A stretch of 63,036 nucleotides of DNA, filler included, from Octopus bimaculoides (Eukaryota): NCBI RefSeq assembly GCF_001194135.2. It is 6 parts of 5 records of this genome, joined end to end, with 100 filler letters (N's around TTAATTAATTAA, not from the genome) between each part and the next. Parts side by side here need not be neighbours in the genome. Positions count along the whole stretch, not along the records: positions 11,511 to 15,326 come from NW_026314365.1; positions 15,427 to 26,183 come from NC_068996.1; 4 more parts are not named here. One strand, 5' to 3'. Of the stretch, positions 11,739-24,590 are shown one piece after another; positions within the stretch are counted from its first letter, which is position 1, and each line of letters begins with the position of its first letter. A model generated the notes under the pieces. It ran no database searches. It saw only the letters and a list, made by a program, of their open reading frames with translations, and was not told the origin of the DNA. Position numbers and translations under genes: made by a program.

Positions 11739-11783
<45 letters not shown>
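11511..11783 (+). mobile_element. 3' end of an R4/Dong-like (RLE) non-LTR retrotransposon with (AAT)n tail
   Basis: 11511-11546 encodes TAHILRKILSM*, matching the GTAxILRKxL terminus typical of this group. A 3' UTR follows, then (AAT)15. Confidence 0.65.
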
Positions 11784-11825
<42 letters not shown>

Positions 11826-12110
11826 TCTCTTTATCATTGGTTTTGTTGGAGCTCCTGGAGTCTTACATGCGTAGGTAGCTTGCTACGTGCAGCCTACAGT
11901 ACCATGCTATTCATTCTTTTCAGCTATCTAATACTTTCCTGATTATTCTGGCCATGCCAAGGAAGCAAACTTGTAACAGATCTACCGGGCACTCTATTCC
12001 AATTTCCTTTATATTCCCCTTGATGCCTTTTGATACTGTTCCCAAGGACCCAACAATAATTGGCACTATCTTCACCTTCTTCATTTTCCATAGCCAGGCT
12101 ATCATTATTA
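11784..12110 (-). mobile_element. 5'-truncated R4/Dong-like (RLE) non-LTR retrotransposon with (AAT)n tail
   Basis: Encodes WKMKKVKIVPIIVGSLGTV...LLQVCFLGMARIIRKVLDS* (stop at 11920), an RLE C-terminus. It is flanked by AAT/AAC repeats on both sides. Confidence 0.75.
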
Positions 12111-13034
12111 TTGTTGTTGTTATTATTATTGTTGTTATTGTTGTTGTTGTTGTTGTTGTTGCTGTTATCATTATTGTTTATGTTCTGAGTTCAAACTGCG
12201 CCGCGGTCGACTTTGACTTTCATCCTTTCAAGGTCGATAAATTAAATCACAGATTTTTAAAAAAATTTTTTAACTAAACAGTTTGAAACTTCGAATATTA
12301 GTAGAATTTCTCACGTAGAACACGGTGTCGTATTTGGGTAATTTCAGTCAATCAATGATGTGTATTCGATTGAAGGAAGCTATTGGTATTTACGATAGTA
12401 ATCGAAGAGGAACAACTTCCAGGTCATCTCTACTAAATGTCACTACTCTATTCGAAGAATCAACACCAAGAAGGAAGAAATATTATTTATATATATTTAT
12501 TCGTTTGCCCAACATCGGTGTTTTATCCACACATAAAGCGCGCCGGTGTTTAAAAGACCTACAGAGCAACAAGTCCGCAGCTAACTCTTTTGTTGTTGAC
12601 GTATATGTAATTTCAAAATACCTTATTTTACAACTTTGAGATGTACTGATATTGTCATGATTTGTTGGGGTAGGATGTGGAAAGTTTTCTTGTTACATGT
12701 TCTTGTCCTCATTCCTGATAACTCTCTCTCCACTCTCTCTGGCCGTGTAACCATGTACCTCTTGTACAGCAAGACATCTGTTTCGTCTCTCTGTCTCACT
12801 ATAACTTTTCATTATCTGACACAAGAACACCTCTTCTAATGCCCACCCCGTCTCAAAGGACTTTTGTCTAGCAAGCTACTTGTTGACCCTACCAGAGCTG
12901 GTTCCACGTTGAAAACATCCAGTTCACACTGTAAAGTGGCTGGCTGTAAAAACAAATAACAACAGAGTGAATGTACAGAGTAAACAACCGACGAAGACAA
13001 ACATTAAGGACCATTAGGCCAAGACGAATTGTAA

Positions 13035-13775
13035 TGGGTGAAGTTGGAAGTCACTGGAAAAAATCGACGTCCGATATGTCTGAAAGGCGTAGTTAATTTA
13101 CTTGTGCATTATTACGCAAACAAGAAAGCATGATTAACCCGAGAAATATTTTCTGACTGGTTCAATAATCACTTTGTACCAGCGGTACGAGCTCACTGCA
13201 GGCAAGCTAGACTGGAAGAAAACTGTAAAATTCTATTTTACAGTTTTCTATTTTACAGTATTTACTTGCCTCCCAATGTGACATCTATTTTACAGTCTTG
13301 TGACCAAGGAATGAAGAGTTACGCTCCATGAAGAGCAACTATAAAAATGATTTTATGAACTGTGTGCTTGGTGCAGCCAACAAAGGAATAAGAACTACCT
13401 GAAAAAGTTCACTGTTAAGGATACCATTTACTAAGTTGTGAATGCTTGGAATGAAGTTGATAAATCAACAGTAACAGATGGCTGGCACAGATTTGGCCAA
13501 TAACAATGTTTGACGAAAACGACACTATAGGTAACGAATTCAGAGGATTTCGTGTCACTAATGAGAAGAAGATGATATCAAAACTCGTAACACGCTGAAA
13601 GTTTATCGTGCGGAAGTGTGATGTAGAAGAAACGGATATTGAAGAAATGCTAAACATTAATAATGATGCACCTGTTGTTTGGGAAATTGCTGAAATGGTG
13701 TTAAATACGGATAAGAATGAAGACAGTAGTGATTATGACACAGAGAACACAGATGAAAAAATTCTATAGACGAAA
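13035..13775 (+). mobile_element. Degenerate pogo/Tigger transposase (DDE_1) remnant
   Basis: Translates as KLEVTGKNRRPICLKGVVNLLVHYYANKKA*LTREIFSDWFNNHFVPAVRAHCRQARLEENCKIL, which resembles Tigger/Jerky; it has stops and frameshifts. Confidence 0.8.
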
Positions 13776-15499
13776 TCAGATTGGAGCCTGGTGTAGCCAT
13801 CTGGTTTCACCAGTCCTCAGTCAAATTGTCCAACCCATGCTAGCATGGAAAGCGGACGTTAAATGATGATGATGATGATGATGCATGTATACAATGGGCT
13901 TCTTTAAGTTTCAATCTATCATATCCTCTCACAAGGCTTTCAGTTGACTATAGTAGAAAATACTTGCTTGAGTTGCCATGCAGTTGGACTGAACCAGGAA
14001 CCATGTAGTTTACAAGTTCACTTATCACCCACACAGACATATATGTGTGTGCAACACACACACACACACACATTCAGTATCAAATATGTACTTTATGGGG
14101 TACTTCATAATTAGATTTAGTGATGTATTTTTCTTCAAGAGTACTCAGCAAATGTTTGTGTAAACTATGAATTATTCAAAGCTATGATTTTAAGTCTATG
14201 CATTGAAGAAGATAAATAGAAAGAATCAACTTCTGATCCATGATATAAAGGAAATATGCATAGTTTTATTATTTTATAAGTTTCAAGTGGGGTTAGCTGG
14301 CAGAATTGTTAGAGTGGTAGTCTTCTGGCTTTTTACGTTTTGGGTTCAAATATTGCTAAGCTCAAGTTTGCCTTTCATCCTTCTGGGTCTAATAAAATAA
14401 AATACCAGTCATGTACAGGTGGGTTGGGGGTGTAACGTAACTGTCTAAGCCCCTTCCTCCAAAATTGTTAGCCTTGTGTCCATATTAGAAACAATTATTT
14501 TACTGGTCCTAATCATTGCATTGTACATGTGTTTTCTGTGGTTAAGTAGTTGCCATTTTGATATAACACTAGTTATGTCTCCTCAAGTGGTGTTGTATTG
14601 AATACAAGAAACAGACAGACGTAAGATAGACAAAAGCTAAATGAGTCTTAATTTTAACCCCCTTTTTTTTGTATATTGCAATGTTATTTACCAATCCCTG
14701 TAGATTGATCTAAGCTTCTGATGGTTCAAACTTTTGAAGATTCAGCCTTATGTTGATCTCTTTCACTTCCTTTACAACTAATAGCTTAAGCTTGATTTTA
14801 AGCCTTAGGAAAGGGATTNNNNNNNNNNNNNNNNNNNNNNNNNNNNNNNNNNNNNNNNNNNNNNNNNNNNNNNNNNNNNNNNNNNNNNNNNNNNNNNNNN
14901 NNNNNNNNNNNNNNNNNNNNNNNNNNNNNNNNNNNNNNNNGCTCATCTTCATAAAGTTGAAAATTTTATTGATGATATAGTAACTCTTGAAGGAGTTACA
15001 GAGCCTTTATTATTGTTAAAGTGGGTTTCCTTTGTATTTCTACAGTATTGAAATATTTTATAATGTTTATGCTATATATTTAATTATAGTTTAATGTTTA
15101 AATTATTACGATGCACAGCACACCCTGTTTCATTACTGACATTATGACCTGGCATTTTATATATTTTCTTGCCCACCTACACATTTGTCGACACTCCACT
15201 ATACACGCTAGCTCATATCCCACAGACACTTACACAGACACACACACACACATGCATAGTTATACCTCTACCTCGACATATCTACATATTCACTTCATAT
15301 AGACATAGTTGTGGCACATATACTTCNNNNNNNNNNNNNNNNNNNNNNNNNNNNNNNNNNNNNNNNNNNNTTAATTAATTAANNNNNNNNNNNNNNNNNN
15401 NNNNNNNNNNNNNNNNNNNNNNNNNNCGTCTAGTTTTAAGAAAACTAGCAACAGGAGAGCATGAGAAGTATAGCAACTAATTATTGCCCCCTCCCCCAA

Positions 15500-17620
15500 A
15501 AAACGTCTGACATAAATTTACTCGACACAGTTGACATTTTGTGCAAACTGTTTAGTGAAAAGAGCTCACTGTTTAATACTAGATGGATATGTTAAAACAC
15601 AAAGAGCGAAGATGAAGACTTTACTACTTACACAGTTAGAGTCAACAAAGAATGTGAGATATTTAGGCTAGATACGCTTACTCCAGATTCTTTCAAATGT
15701 TTGGTTTTTGCACAAGGATTGACAGATAGAAGGGATGCAGAAATCTGAACGAAAATTCTATCAAAACTGGAAATGAACCAGGATTTGACATTGCAGAAAC
15801 TGTCGGAAGAGTGGACAGGATATTAAAATTAAGGCATGACACGGAAGAAATTCAACGGAAAGAGTGTTTCCACATAAGACCAGTGCAAAAAAGTCGGAAG
15901 ACAAATAAAGTGTTGCAGGAAAAATAGAAAAAATATCGAGATGTAGACCCATGTATGGCATGTGGTGGTATGCACCTGAAAAAAGATTGTCCGTATAAAA
16001 AAGCAAAGTTTTTTGCTGCGGGTTTACAGGACATATGAAATCGCACTGCAAAACTATGATAGGAAAATGGAGCAAACAAGAAAAAGTGAATAGTTTGTCA
16101 GCAGGAAATGTTGTGACTACAACAAACAGTGTTAGAATGCAATTAGACACAGGAAGTGATATCACGATCATAAATAAGAAAGCATGGGAACAAATGGATA
16201 AATCAAAATTATGTTGTTCAAACAAAATAGCGTATAGTGTTACGGGAAGAAAATTATATTTCACAGGTGAACGTGTTTGTAATGTAATGTTCAACGGTCA
16301 AACCAAAAAAGTGAATGTTTATATGTTGAAAAAATCCATGAATTTATTTAGCACTGAATGTATGGAGAAATTTAATTTATGGGATACACCCATAAGTGCT
16401 TTGTGCAATAATGTAAACGGAGCAGTCAAACGATCAAACGAGACCAATGAACTGAAACAAAAAAAAAGTGATGTGAAACATCGTGCATGAAGTGCCAGTA
16501 ACTTTGGAAGAAATAAAAAAAAAATGCGGAAAATTACAAATTTATTAATTAGACAAAAAGAAAATTGTGGTCGACAAAAGGAAATAAAGATCTGATGCAA
16601 AGAACCGCCAAGATGTGAGCGTGTACTCTATATGTGATGGTGTACTAATGGACGCTCAGAGGGTGGTCATACTACAGACATTGCAGAAGAGAATGCTAAA
16701 AGAGTTCCAGCATCTCTTGAATGGAAGCGTTGATGCGAAGTTTCGTATACTGGCCAAGCATGGACAAGGAAATTGAAAACCTGGTAAGAGGCTGCAGAGG
16801 ATGTGTGCTGGCAGCGAAACTACCCACTACAAAATATAAACCTTGGCCGGAAGTGAAAATACCATGGTCCCGATTGCATATCAATTTTGCAGGCTTGGTA
16901 AATGGATATTATTACTTAATAGTAGTGGACAACTACACAAAGTGGCCTGAGGTCGCGAGGTGTAAACGATCAACCTCATATACGGTAACAAACTTCTTAC
17001 ACGAGCTGTTCGCAAGATTTGGTGTACCGGATATAATTGTCTCTGATAACTGAACACAGTTTGTATCTTGTGAGTTTAAAAGATTCCTTGAGATGTTCAC
17101 GTTAGAACATAAAACTATAGCACCGTATTACCCAAGATCGAATGGAAAGGCCGAACGGTTTGTGGACACTTAAGAGAACTTTAAAGAAAGCTAATAATGA
17201 AGCAGTGGACGAGGTCGTGATCCAACAATTCTTAAGGGTATACAGGGTAACTCCGAACCCAAATGTGCCAGAAGGAAGTTCTCCAACAGAATTAATGTTT
17301 GCCAGAAAGGTGAAGTCAGTATTCAATAAACTGTTACCAGTGAAGAAAAAAAATACGTGCTAGTAAAGACATGCCAATTTTTTTTAGAATCAGTGATGAG
17401 GTATATGTAAGAATGTACAAAAATGGCAAGCAATTCTGGGAAGAAGGCGAAATTGTAACATACAAAGGAAGAATGATGTATGGTGTAAGAAGCAGAAATG
17501 GAATAGAAAGGAGTCATAGAGATCAGCTTAAGGATAGAGTCATAGAAAAGGAACCACCAAAAGTAGAAATACCGATGGATTGGCTATACGACACTTTTCA
17601 GGTTGATATAGTAATTATAT
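15500..17620 (+). mobile_element. Degenerate Ty3/Gypsy LTR retrotransposon internal region: gag zinc knuckles, protease and integrase; RT/RNase H absent
   Basis: Protease motif QLDTGSDITII (ORF 16035). Integrase zinc-finger region MEALMRSFVYWPSMDKEIENLVRGCRGC. rve core PWSRLHINFAG...YLIVVDNYTKWPEV...FGVPDIIVSDN...RSNGKAERFV. Multiple stops and frameshifts. Confidence 0.9.
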
Positions 17621-17777
17621 TGTAATATTGAGTAGACATTATAACGATCCAACTTTTTGAGGATAATAACAGTGCTAGATAGAACCATTCTATCGACGAC
17701 TTCGGAATATAACAATATCTGTCAGAGCGACAACCGTCGTCAAAAGACATACAACAGTGGCAAGACCGCTTTACAAC

Positions 17778-18215
<438 letters not shown>

Positions 18216-18608
18216 NNNNNNNNNNNNNNNNNNNNNNNNNNNNNNNNNNNNNNNNNNNNNNNNNNNNNNNNNNNNNNNNNNNNNNNNNNNNNNNNNNNNN
18301 NNNNNNNNNNNNNNNNNNNNNNNNNNNNNNNNNNNNNNNNNNNNNNNNNNNNNNNNNNNNNNNNNNNNNNNNNNNNNNNNNNNNNNNNNNNNNNNNNNNN
18401 NNNNNNNNNNNNNNNNNNNNNNNNNNNNNNNNNNNNNNNNNNNNNNNNNNNNNNNNNNNNNNNNNNNNNNNNNNNNNNNNNNNNNNTATATGTGTATATG
18501 CAATCTTGTATTCCTTCATCCGGTATAATACAACCATAAAAATACCAATCGTAAAAATTCGATCCATGTATGTCATGCACAAGTTTCTCAGTTGATATGC
18601 CACACACA

Positions 18609-18675
<67 letters not shown>

Positions 18676-19014
18676 TTCATAAGTAGCAACGAAGAAAAAC
18701 CGACCAAGAATTTTAGGTGTTATATCAAACTCATTGCATATTTGCGTATCCATATTTTCAACAACACACACATTTACCTTCAATCTCATTCTACACGGCA
18801 AATAAGAATTGTGTCACCTTAAGTAAACCACGTAGCTTGTTGCTTAATAAGAAAGATTTACGTTTTGTAAAATTGTGAAATTTTTATCTGCGGGCAAATG
18901 CTGTGGCGGTGTAGGTAGAGAAGCAGGCATAGCAGTATGGCATTAATAATCTTGAATTCCTGTGTTTCATTCCACAACGTAGCTTCTTGGGATAGGGTCT
19001 ATTTATTCTTTTTC

Positions 19015-19427
19015 TTTTTATTCTTTTACTTGTTTCAGATATTTGACTTCGGCCGCGCTGGAGCACCGCCTCGAAAGGTTTTTGGTCGATCAAATCGATC
19101 CCAGGACTTATTCTTAGTAAATCTAGTACGTATTCTATCGGACTCTTTTGCCGAACCGCTATGCTACGGGGACCTAAACACAACACACCAACACTGGTTG
19201 TCAAGCGATGATGGGTGAACAAACACTGACACAAAGGCACACATACAAATATATTAATATGCATATATATATATACGACGGGCTTCTTTCAGGTTCCGTC
19301 TACCAAATCCACTCACAAGGTTGGCCCAAGGCTATAGTAAAAGATACTTGCTAAAGGTGCCACACAGTGGGACTAAACCTGAAACCATGTGGTTGGGAAG
19401 CAAGCTTTTTACCACAAAGCCATGCCT
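19015..19427 (-). mobile_element. tRNA-derived SINE, family B
   Basis: Reverse-complement match to 41251-41636. Confidence 0.8.
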
Positions 19428-20644
19428 ATTTATTTATTTATTTATTTATTTATTCATTTATTTATTTTGTATCCATAAACTTGGATAGACCCAAACCTAG
19501 TGAGTGAAACTGGTAGATGGAAGTCGGCTGGAAGCACAACATATGAACTATACCTGTTAATTAGAAGGTATAGCCCGGTCATATGCACTGCCTCGTGTTG
19601 CTTTTGGCTGTGANNNNNNNNNNNNNNNNNNNNNNNNNNNNNNNNNNNNNNNNNNNNNNNNNNNNNNNNNNNNNNNNNNNNNNNNNNNNNNNNNNNNNNN
19701 NNNNNNNNNNNNNNNNNNNNNNNNNNNNNNNNNNNNNNNNNNNNNNNNNNNNNNNNNNNNNNNNNNNNNNNNNNNNNNNNNNNNNNNNNNGTGTGTGTGT
19801 GTGTGTGTGTGTGTGTGTGATTCTTTGCGCTCTGAGTTCAAAGTCCGTCGAAGTCCACTTTGCTTATCAATCTCCCGGGATGGATATAAAAAAAAGTACC
19901 AATATTTGATCGGCGGATTGGTAGAACTGTAAGAACGCTGAGCCAGATGCCTAGCAACATTTGTTCCAGCTTTTTGTGTTCTGGGTTCAAATCTTATCAT
20001 AGATTACTTTTACATTTAGTACACTGTGGTAGCATCGGAAAATTTTAGCGGAAACCCTTCTGTTGTAAGCATGCGGGCCGAATCCCTTACATATGGATGA
20101 ATGGATACATATACACAAGCACGTGTGCGTATATACACATGTAGTTGGTATCCCACGTTTTGGTATGGATTTAGGAATTTAATGCACATTGCATGTTGGC
20201 ACAGAAAGCCAGTCAAGCAATTCTAAACCTCAACCACATTCAATTATTCTTTTTATTGACCCCGGAAGTATGAAGACAAAAACCGGCCTCAGCAAGATTT
20301 GAACCGAGAATGTAACAGAGACTATAAAGAGTAATGTGTTGTCCGATGTTCTAACGATTCTGCCACGTCACTGCCCTGAATACAAAGGAATTCATATGGA
20401 ATGTTGTTTAATATGTGCGAAGCACAAACATAATACGATATTTTTATCTAGATTGTCAAAATGGGAATACTGTAGAGATGTCATGGCTATTGACTAAATA
20501 GCCATAAATTATAATTGTATTGACACAATCTGTAAATAAAGAAAATATTTAGGCTCAGCCTAAATTTGGTAACTTGATAATAGGAGAATAGAAGAGTATG
20601 TAGGTGTTGACTAGAGAAATAGACAGTGTATAGTTGTTGATTCG

Positions 20645-20706
<62 letters not shown>

Positions 20707-21006
20707 TTAAACGTAAACAGACACTGTGTGAATAGATGTTGATTGAATAAAAAAAAACATTGTGAATATAAAATGACAGTATACCTGTAAGGTACAGTGT
20801 AAAAAAAAAAAAGGTAAAATTGACCAGATATACTGATACCTAGTGTGTAATTGCAGTTGATTGGGTATGTTATAGATGTTAACAGTTTAGATAATCACGG
20901 TAAATACTGTTGGCTGGAAAGCTAGAACAGTGTGTGTAGATATTGATTGGGAAGAGATACGCAGTGCATAGTGGTTGACTGGATAGAGAAACAGTATGTA
21001 AATATC

Positions 21007-21222
21007 TATCAGACGGATAGATAGATAGATATACAGACAGACAGACAGACAGACAGACAAATAGGTAAATAGATAAAGGAAGAGAAAGACAAAGAGAGAG
21101 AGAGAGAGGCAGAAAGAGAGAGAGGCAAATCGATAAATAGATAGATAGAGAGAGAGAGAGAAAGAGAGAGTGTGTGAGAGAGAGAGAGAAGGAGAGAGTG
21201 TGAGAGAGAAAGAGAGAGTGTG

Positions 21223-21255
<33 letters not shown>

Positions 21256-21268
21256 AGGAGAGAGTGTG

Positions 21269-21301
<33 letters not shown>

Positions 21302-21455
21302 AGGAGAGAGTGAGAGACAGAAAGAGAGAGAAAGACAGAGAGAGAAAGAGAGAGAAAGAGAGAGTGAGAGAGAGAAAGAGAGAGAAAGAGAGAGAAAGAG
21401 AGAGTGTGAGAGAGACAACACGCAAATAGACAGACACACAAACAGACAAACAGGC

Positions 21456-21502
<47 letters not shown>

Positions 21503-21542
21503 TAGACAGACAGATAGATAGATAGATAAATTGATAGATTTC
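21007..21542. repeat. (GATA)n/(GACA)n/(GA)n tracts with a ~20-nt GAGAGAGAAAGAGAGAGTGT higher-order unit
   Basis: Visible directly. Confidence 0.85.
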
Positions 21543-22268
21543 NNNNNNNNNNNNNNNNNNNNNNNNNNNNNNNNNNNNNNNNNNNNNNNNNNNNNNNNNN
21601 NNNNNNNNNNNNNNNNNNNNNNNNNNNNNNNNNNNNNNNNNNNNNNNNNNNNNNNNNNNNNNNNNNNNNNNNNNNNNNNNNNNNNNNNNNNNNNNNNNNN
21701 NNNNNNNNNNNNNNNNNNNNNNNNNNNNNNNNNNNNNNNNNNNNNNNNNNNNNNNNNNNNNNNNNNNNNNNNNNNNNNNNNNNNNNNNNNNNNNNNNNNN
21801 NNNNNNNNNNNNNNNNNNNNNNNNNNNNNNNNNNNNNNNNNNNNNNNNNNNNNNNNNNNNNNNNNNNNNNNNNNNNNNNNNNNNNNNNNNNNNNNNNNNN
21901 NNNNNNNNNNNNNNNNNNNNNNNNNNNNNNNNNNNNNNNNNNNNNNNNNNNNNNNNNNNNNNNNNNNNNNNNNNNNNNNNNNNNNNNNNNNNNNNNNNNN
22001 NNNNNNNNNNNNNNNNNNNNNNNNNNNNNNNNNNNNNNNNNNNNNNNNNNNNNNNNNNNNNNNNNNNNNNNNNNNNNNNNNNNNNNNNNNNNNNNNNNNN
22101 NNNNNNNNNNNNNNNNNNNNNNNNNNNNNNNNNNNNNNNNNNNNNNNNNNNNNNNNNNNNNNNNNNNNNNNNNNNNNNNNNNNNNNNNNNNNNNNNNNNN
22201 NNNNNNNNNNNNNNNNNNNNNNNNNNNNNNNNNNNNNNNNNNNNNNNNNNNNNNNNNNNNNNNNNNNN

Positions 22269-22622
22269 CGGTGTTTCCCGAACGGGTAGCGCTTCTCGAT
22301 AGCACTGCCAGGCCAGAGATCTCTGGAAGTTGTCCATAGGTCCCGGCCCGAAAGTCGTCTTGAACAGGCGGGTCAGGTATTCTTCGTCGATGCCTGAGTT
22401 CGCCCCGAGGTCGTCGCCGTACCTCCCCCTCCACTAATCCCATATATAATGCTTTGATTGTGATGCAGTCGCTCAAGGTCGACCCGGAACGGCATAGTTG
22501 CTCGAGAGCAACGCGACACTCGCGGTGCCATTCGCCCTTCTGCTGTCTCTTTTTGATCCACGACTGCAGTTCGATCATGGAGACGAGCTGCGGGAAACGC
22601 ACCGCACAAACGCCGACCACAC
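22269..22622 (-). mobile_element. L1/Tx1-clade LINE ORF2 C-terminal fragment (zf-RVT region)
   Basis: Encodes ...ALYMGLVEG... and, after a frame shift, MDNFQRSLAWQCYREALPVR, resembling the W..L..ALP.R motif of the zf-RVT region. Confidence 0.6.
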
Positions 22623-22623
22623 C

Positions 22624-22673
<50 letters not shown>

Positions 22674-22749
22674 CAGTTGTCTTCTACCATAGGATCGGAT
22701 TGATTGATGGTGGAATTTAATAAATGTAAACTGTATGATGGGTCCCGTC

Positions 22750-23480
22750 AAAGCCCTCTTTACTAGCGTGCTAATTCGGTCTCTGATAGACGCATTTAAT
22801 TTCCAGTAACCGGGGCCCTGCCTATGTGCCTAGAGTACACGTCACAAGTTTGTGATCCGTGTAGCTGACTATGTGGAATTGTGGACATCCTAAACTATTC
22901 CTATCTACTGTACTACACCGTATTCTATCTAGATACGATCTCGACGACCCAACGCGGTTGCTCCATGTCCACTTTGGTGCATTTGGGTGGTCGAGTCGGT
23001 ACCTGTTTGACAGTTGAAAGCGTTTGAGCAGGTCTCTGAGGCATTTGCATCCCCATCTATTCCTATCTCTGCCCATGTAGTCTAGATGCGTGTCCAAAGT
23101 AGCATTCCAATCCCCCACTAAAAGTAAAGGATGAGACGTTCCTAGGAATACTTCTAGATAACGAAAGAAATCCGGCCGACCTGTTAAAGGCGGTGCATAG
23201 ACTGCTAGGAGTCAAAAAGTGCACCCATCGCTGCCGTCAACATCCAGGACAATCAGCCTACCCTCCGGATCTACGAATATTGTCTTTACTTCGAGATCCA
23301 GACTTTTGTGAAAAAGTACCGCAGTGCCACTACCGCCCATCCTCGGCAGACAGGGAGAAAAATAAATGTTAAACTGTCCACCAAACATGGACTTTAGGGC
23401 CCGTGGTTCATGGAGTCTGGCTATGATTCCTAAATCGTGTGACTTTATGTCATTTAAGAAGTACCCTTGTTTCCAAGGAG
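22750..23480 (-). mobile_element. L1/Tx1-clade LINE ORF2 APE endonuclease fragment
   Basis: GDWNATLD...WTWSNRVGSSRSYLDRI...YTDHKLV gives the APE GDFN and SDH motifs, followed by GYWKLNAS-like sequence. Confidence 0.85.
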
Positions 23481-24590
23481 GTTATTGTAAAGTTTTTTTT
23501 ATGAGTATTTTTGACATCCCCCTACTGCATTGGGGTAGAGGGATTTTAGTGTGTGATGCAAGGTCGGTGTGACGAGTAAAATTTTGATATGTTCTGGTGA
23601 TGTTGTGTGTGGTGGTTGCTTATTTTTATATCATCTTCTGTTAGGTTTGTTTTTTAGTTGATGTATTCCATCAACTCTGTGTTTTTAATATTTACGGCTG
23701 TGAGCATCGTTTTCGTGGTGTTGGTGTTGATGTTGTTTGAGTTCGAAATGTCTTCGGGAGTTGTGTATCCCGTTACTTTGTTTGTGTTTGCTTTTGTTCT
23801 TTCTTTGCTCCTCTTCCTCCTTCCTTTTCTGGCTATTTGCCATTCCTCACTGCTTTCATCTTCCGACGAAATTTCTAAGGAATCGGAAGGGGATAAGGGC
23901 ATATTGTAAGCGTCTATGTGTGTTTGTGTAAGTGGTTGTGTTGTCGTTTTCTTTGGTGTTGGTTGTTGATTGTTTGTGTGATGTGTATGTGATATAGGGG
24001 AGGGGGAATCAGCTTTAGTTTCTTCTTTTGGTTTTTCTATACCTTTAGTTCTTGCTGTTGGTGGTGGTGCTTTTTCAGGTACTGTTTTATTTTCGATTGT
24101 TGGTGTTGATGGGTTTGGTTGGTGTGTTTGTTTTGTCGTCTTCTGTGTTGATGGTGGTGTGGGTAGTAAAGCTTTTTTCTCAGATTTTGGTGGTTATTGT
24201 TGTTCTTGTTTTTTTTTTTTACAGTCGGACAATCGTTTTTCAAATGTGTCTCACTGATGCACAGATAACAGCGTGGCCACATGCCCTCCACCATTACATA
24301 CAACTTGTATTCTTCTGTCAATTCAATGGGTGTTGGTATTTTATTGATTGATAGCTGATCAAATTGCAGAAGGATTTCAAGTGTCTTTCCGACCCAGTTT
24401 TGCTGTTCTAAGACAACAATTGTAGTGATAGTGGTAGTGTTGGTTGCAGAGGTGTTAGTTATAGCAGTTGATGTTGTAGTAGTGGTGTTGGTGTTGGCGG
24501 TATTGTCTTTGGTGGAGGTCACGGTGGACGGCTTTGTGATGATTTTGTTGTTGTTGTTATTGGTGGTGGTGGTGGTGGTGGTGGTGGTGG
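23481..24590 (-). mobile_element. L1/Tx1-clade ORF1, copy 2 (partial), with a CCHC zinc knuckle
   Basis: CYLCISETHLKNDC at 24229-24270; collinear with copy 1. Confidence 0.8.

Noticed and set aside
17621-17756. Possible TG…CA LTR after the Gypsy integrase
   Set aside because: There is no polypurine tract before it and no second copy to confirm it; the 5' LTR region is in a gap.
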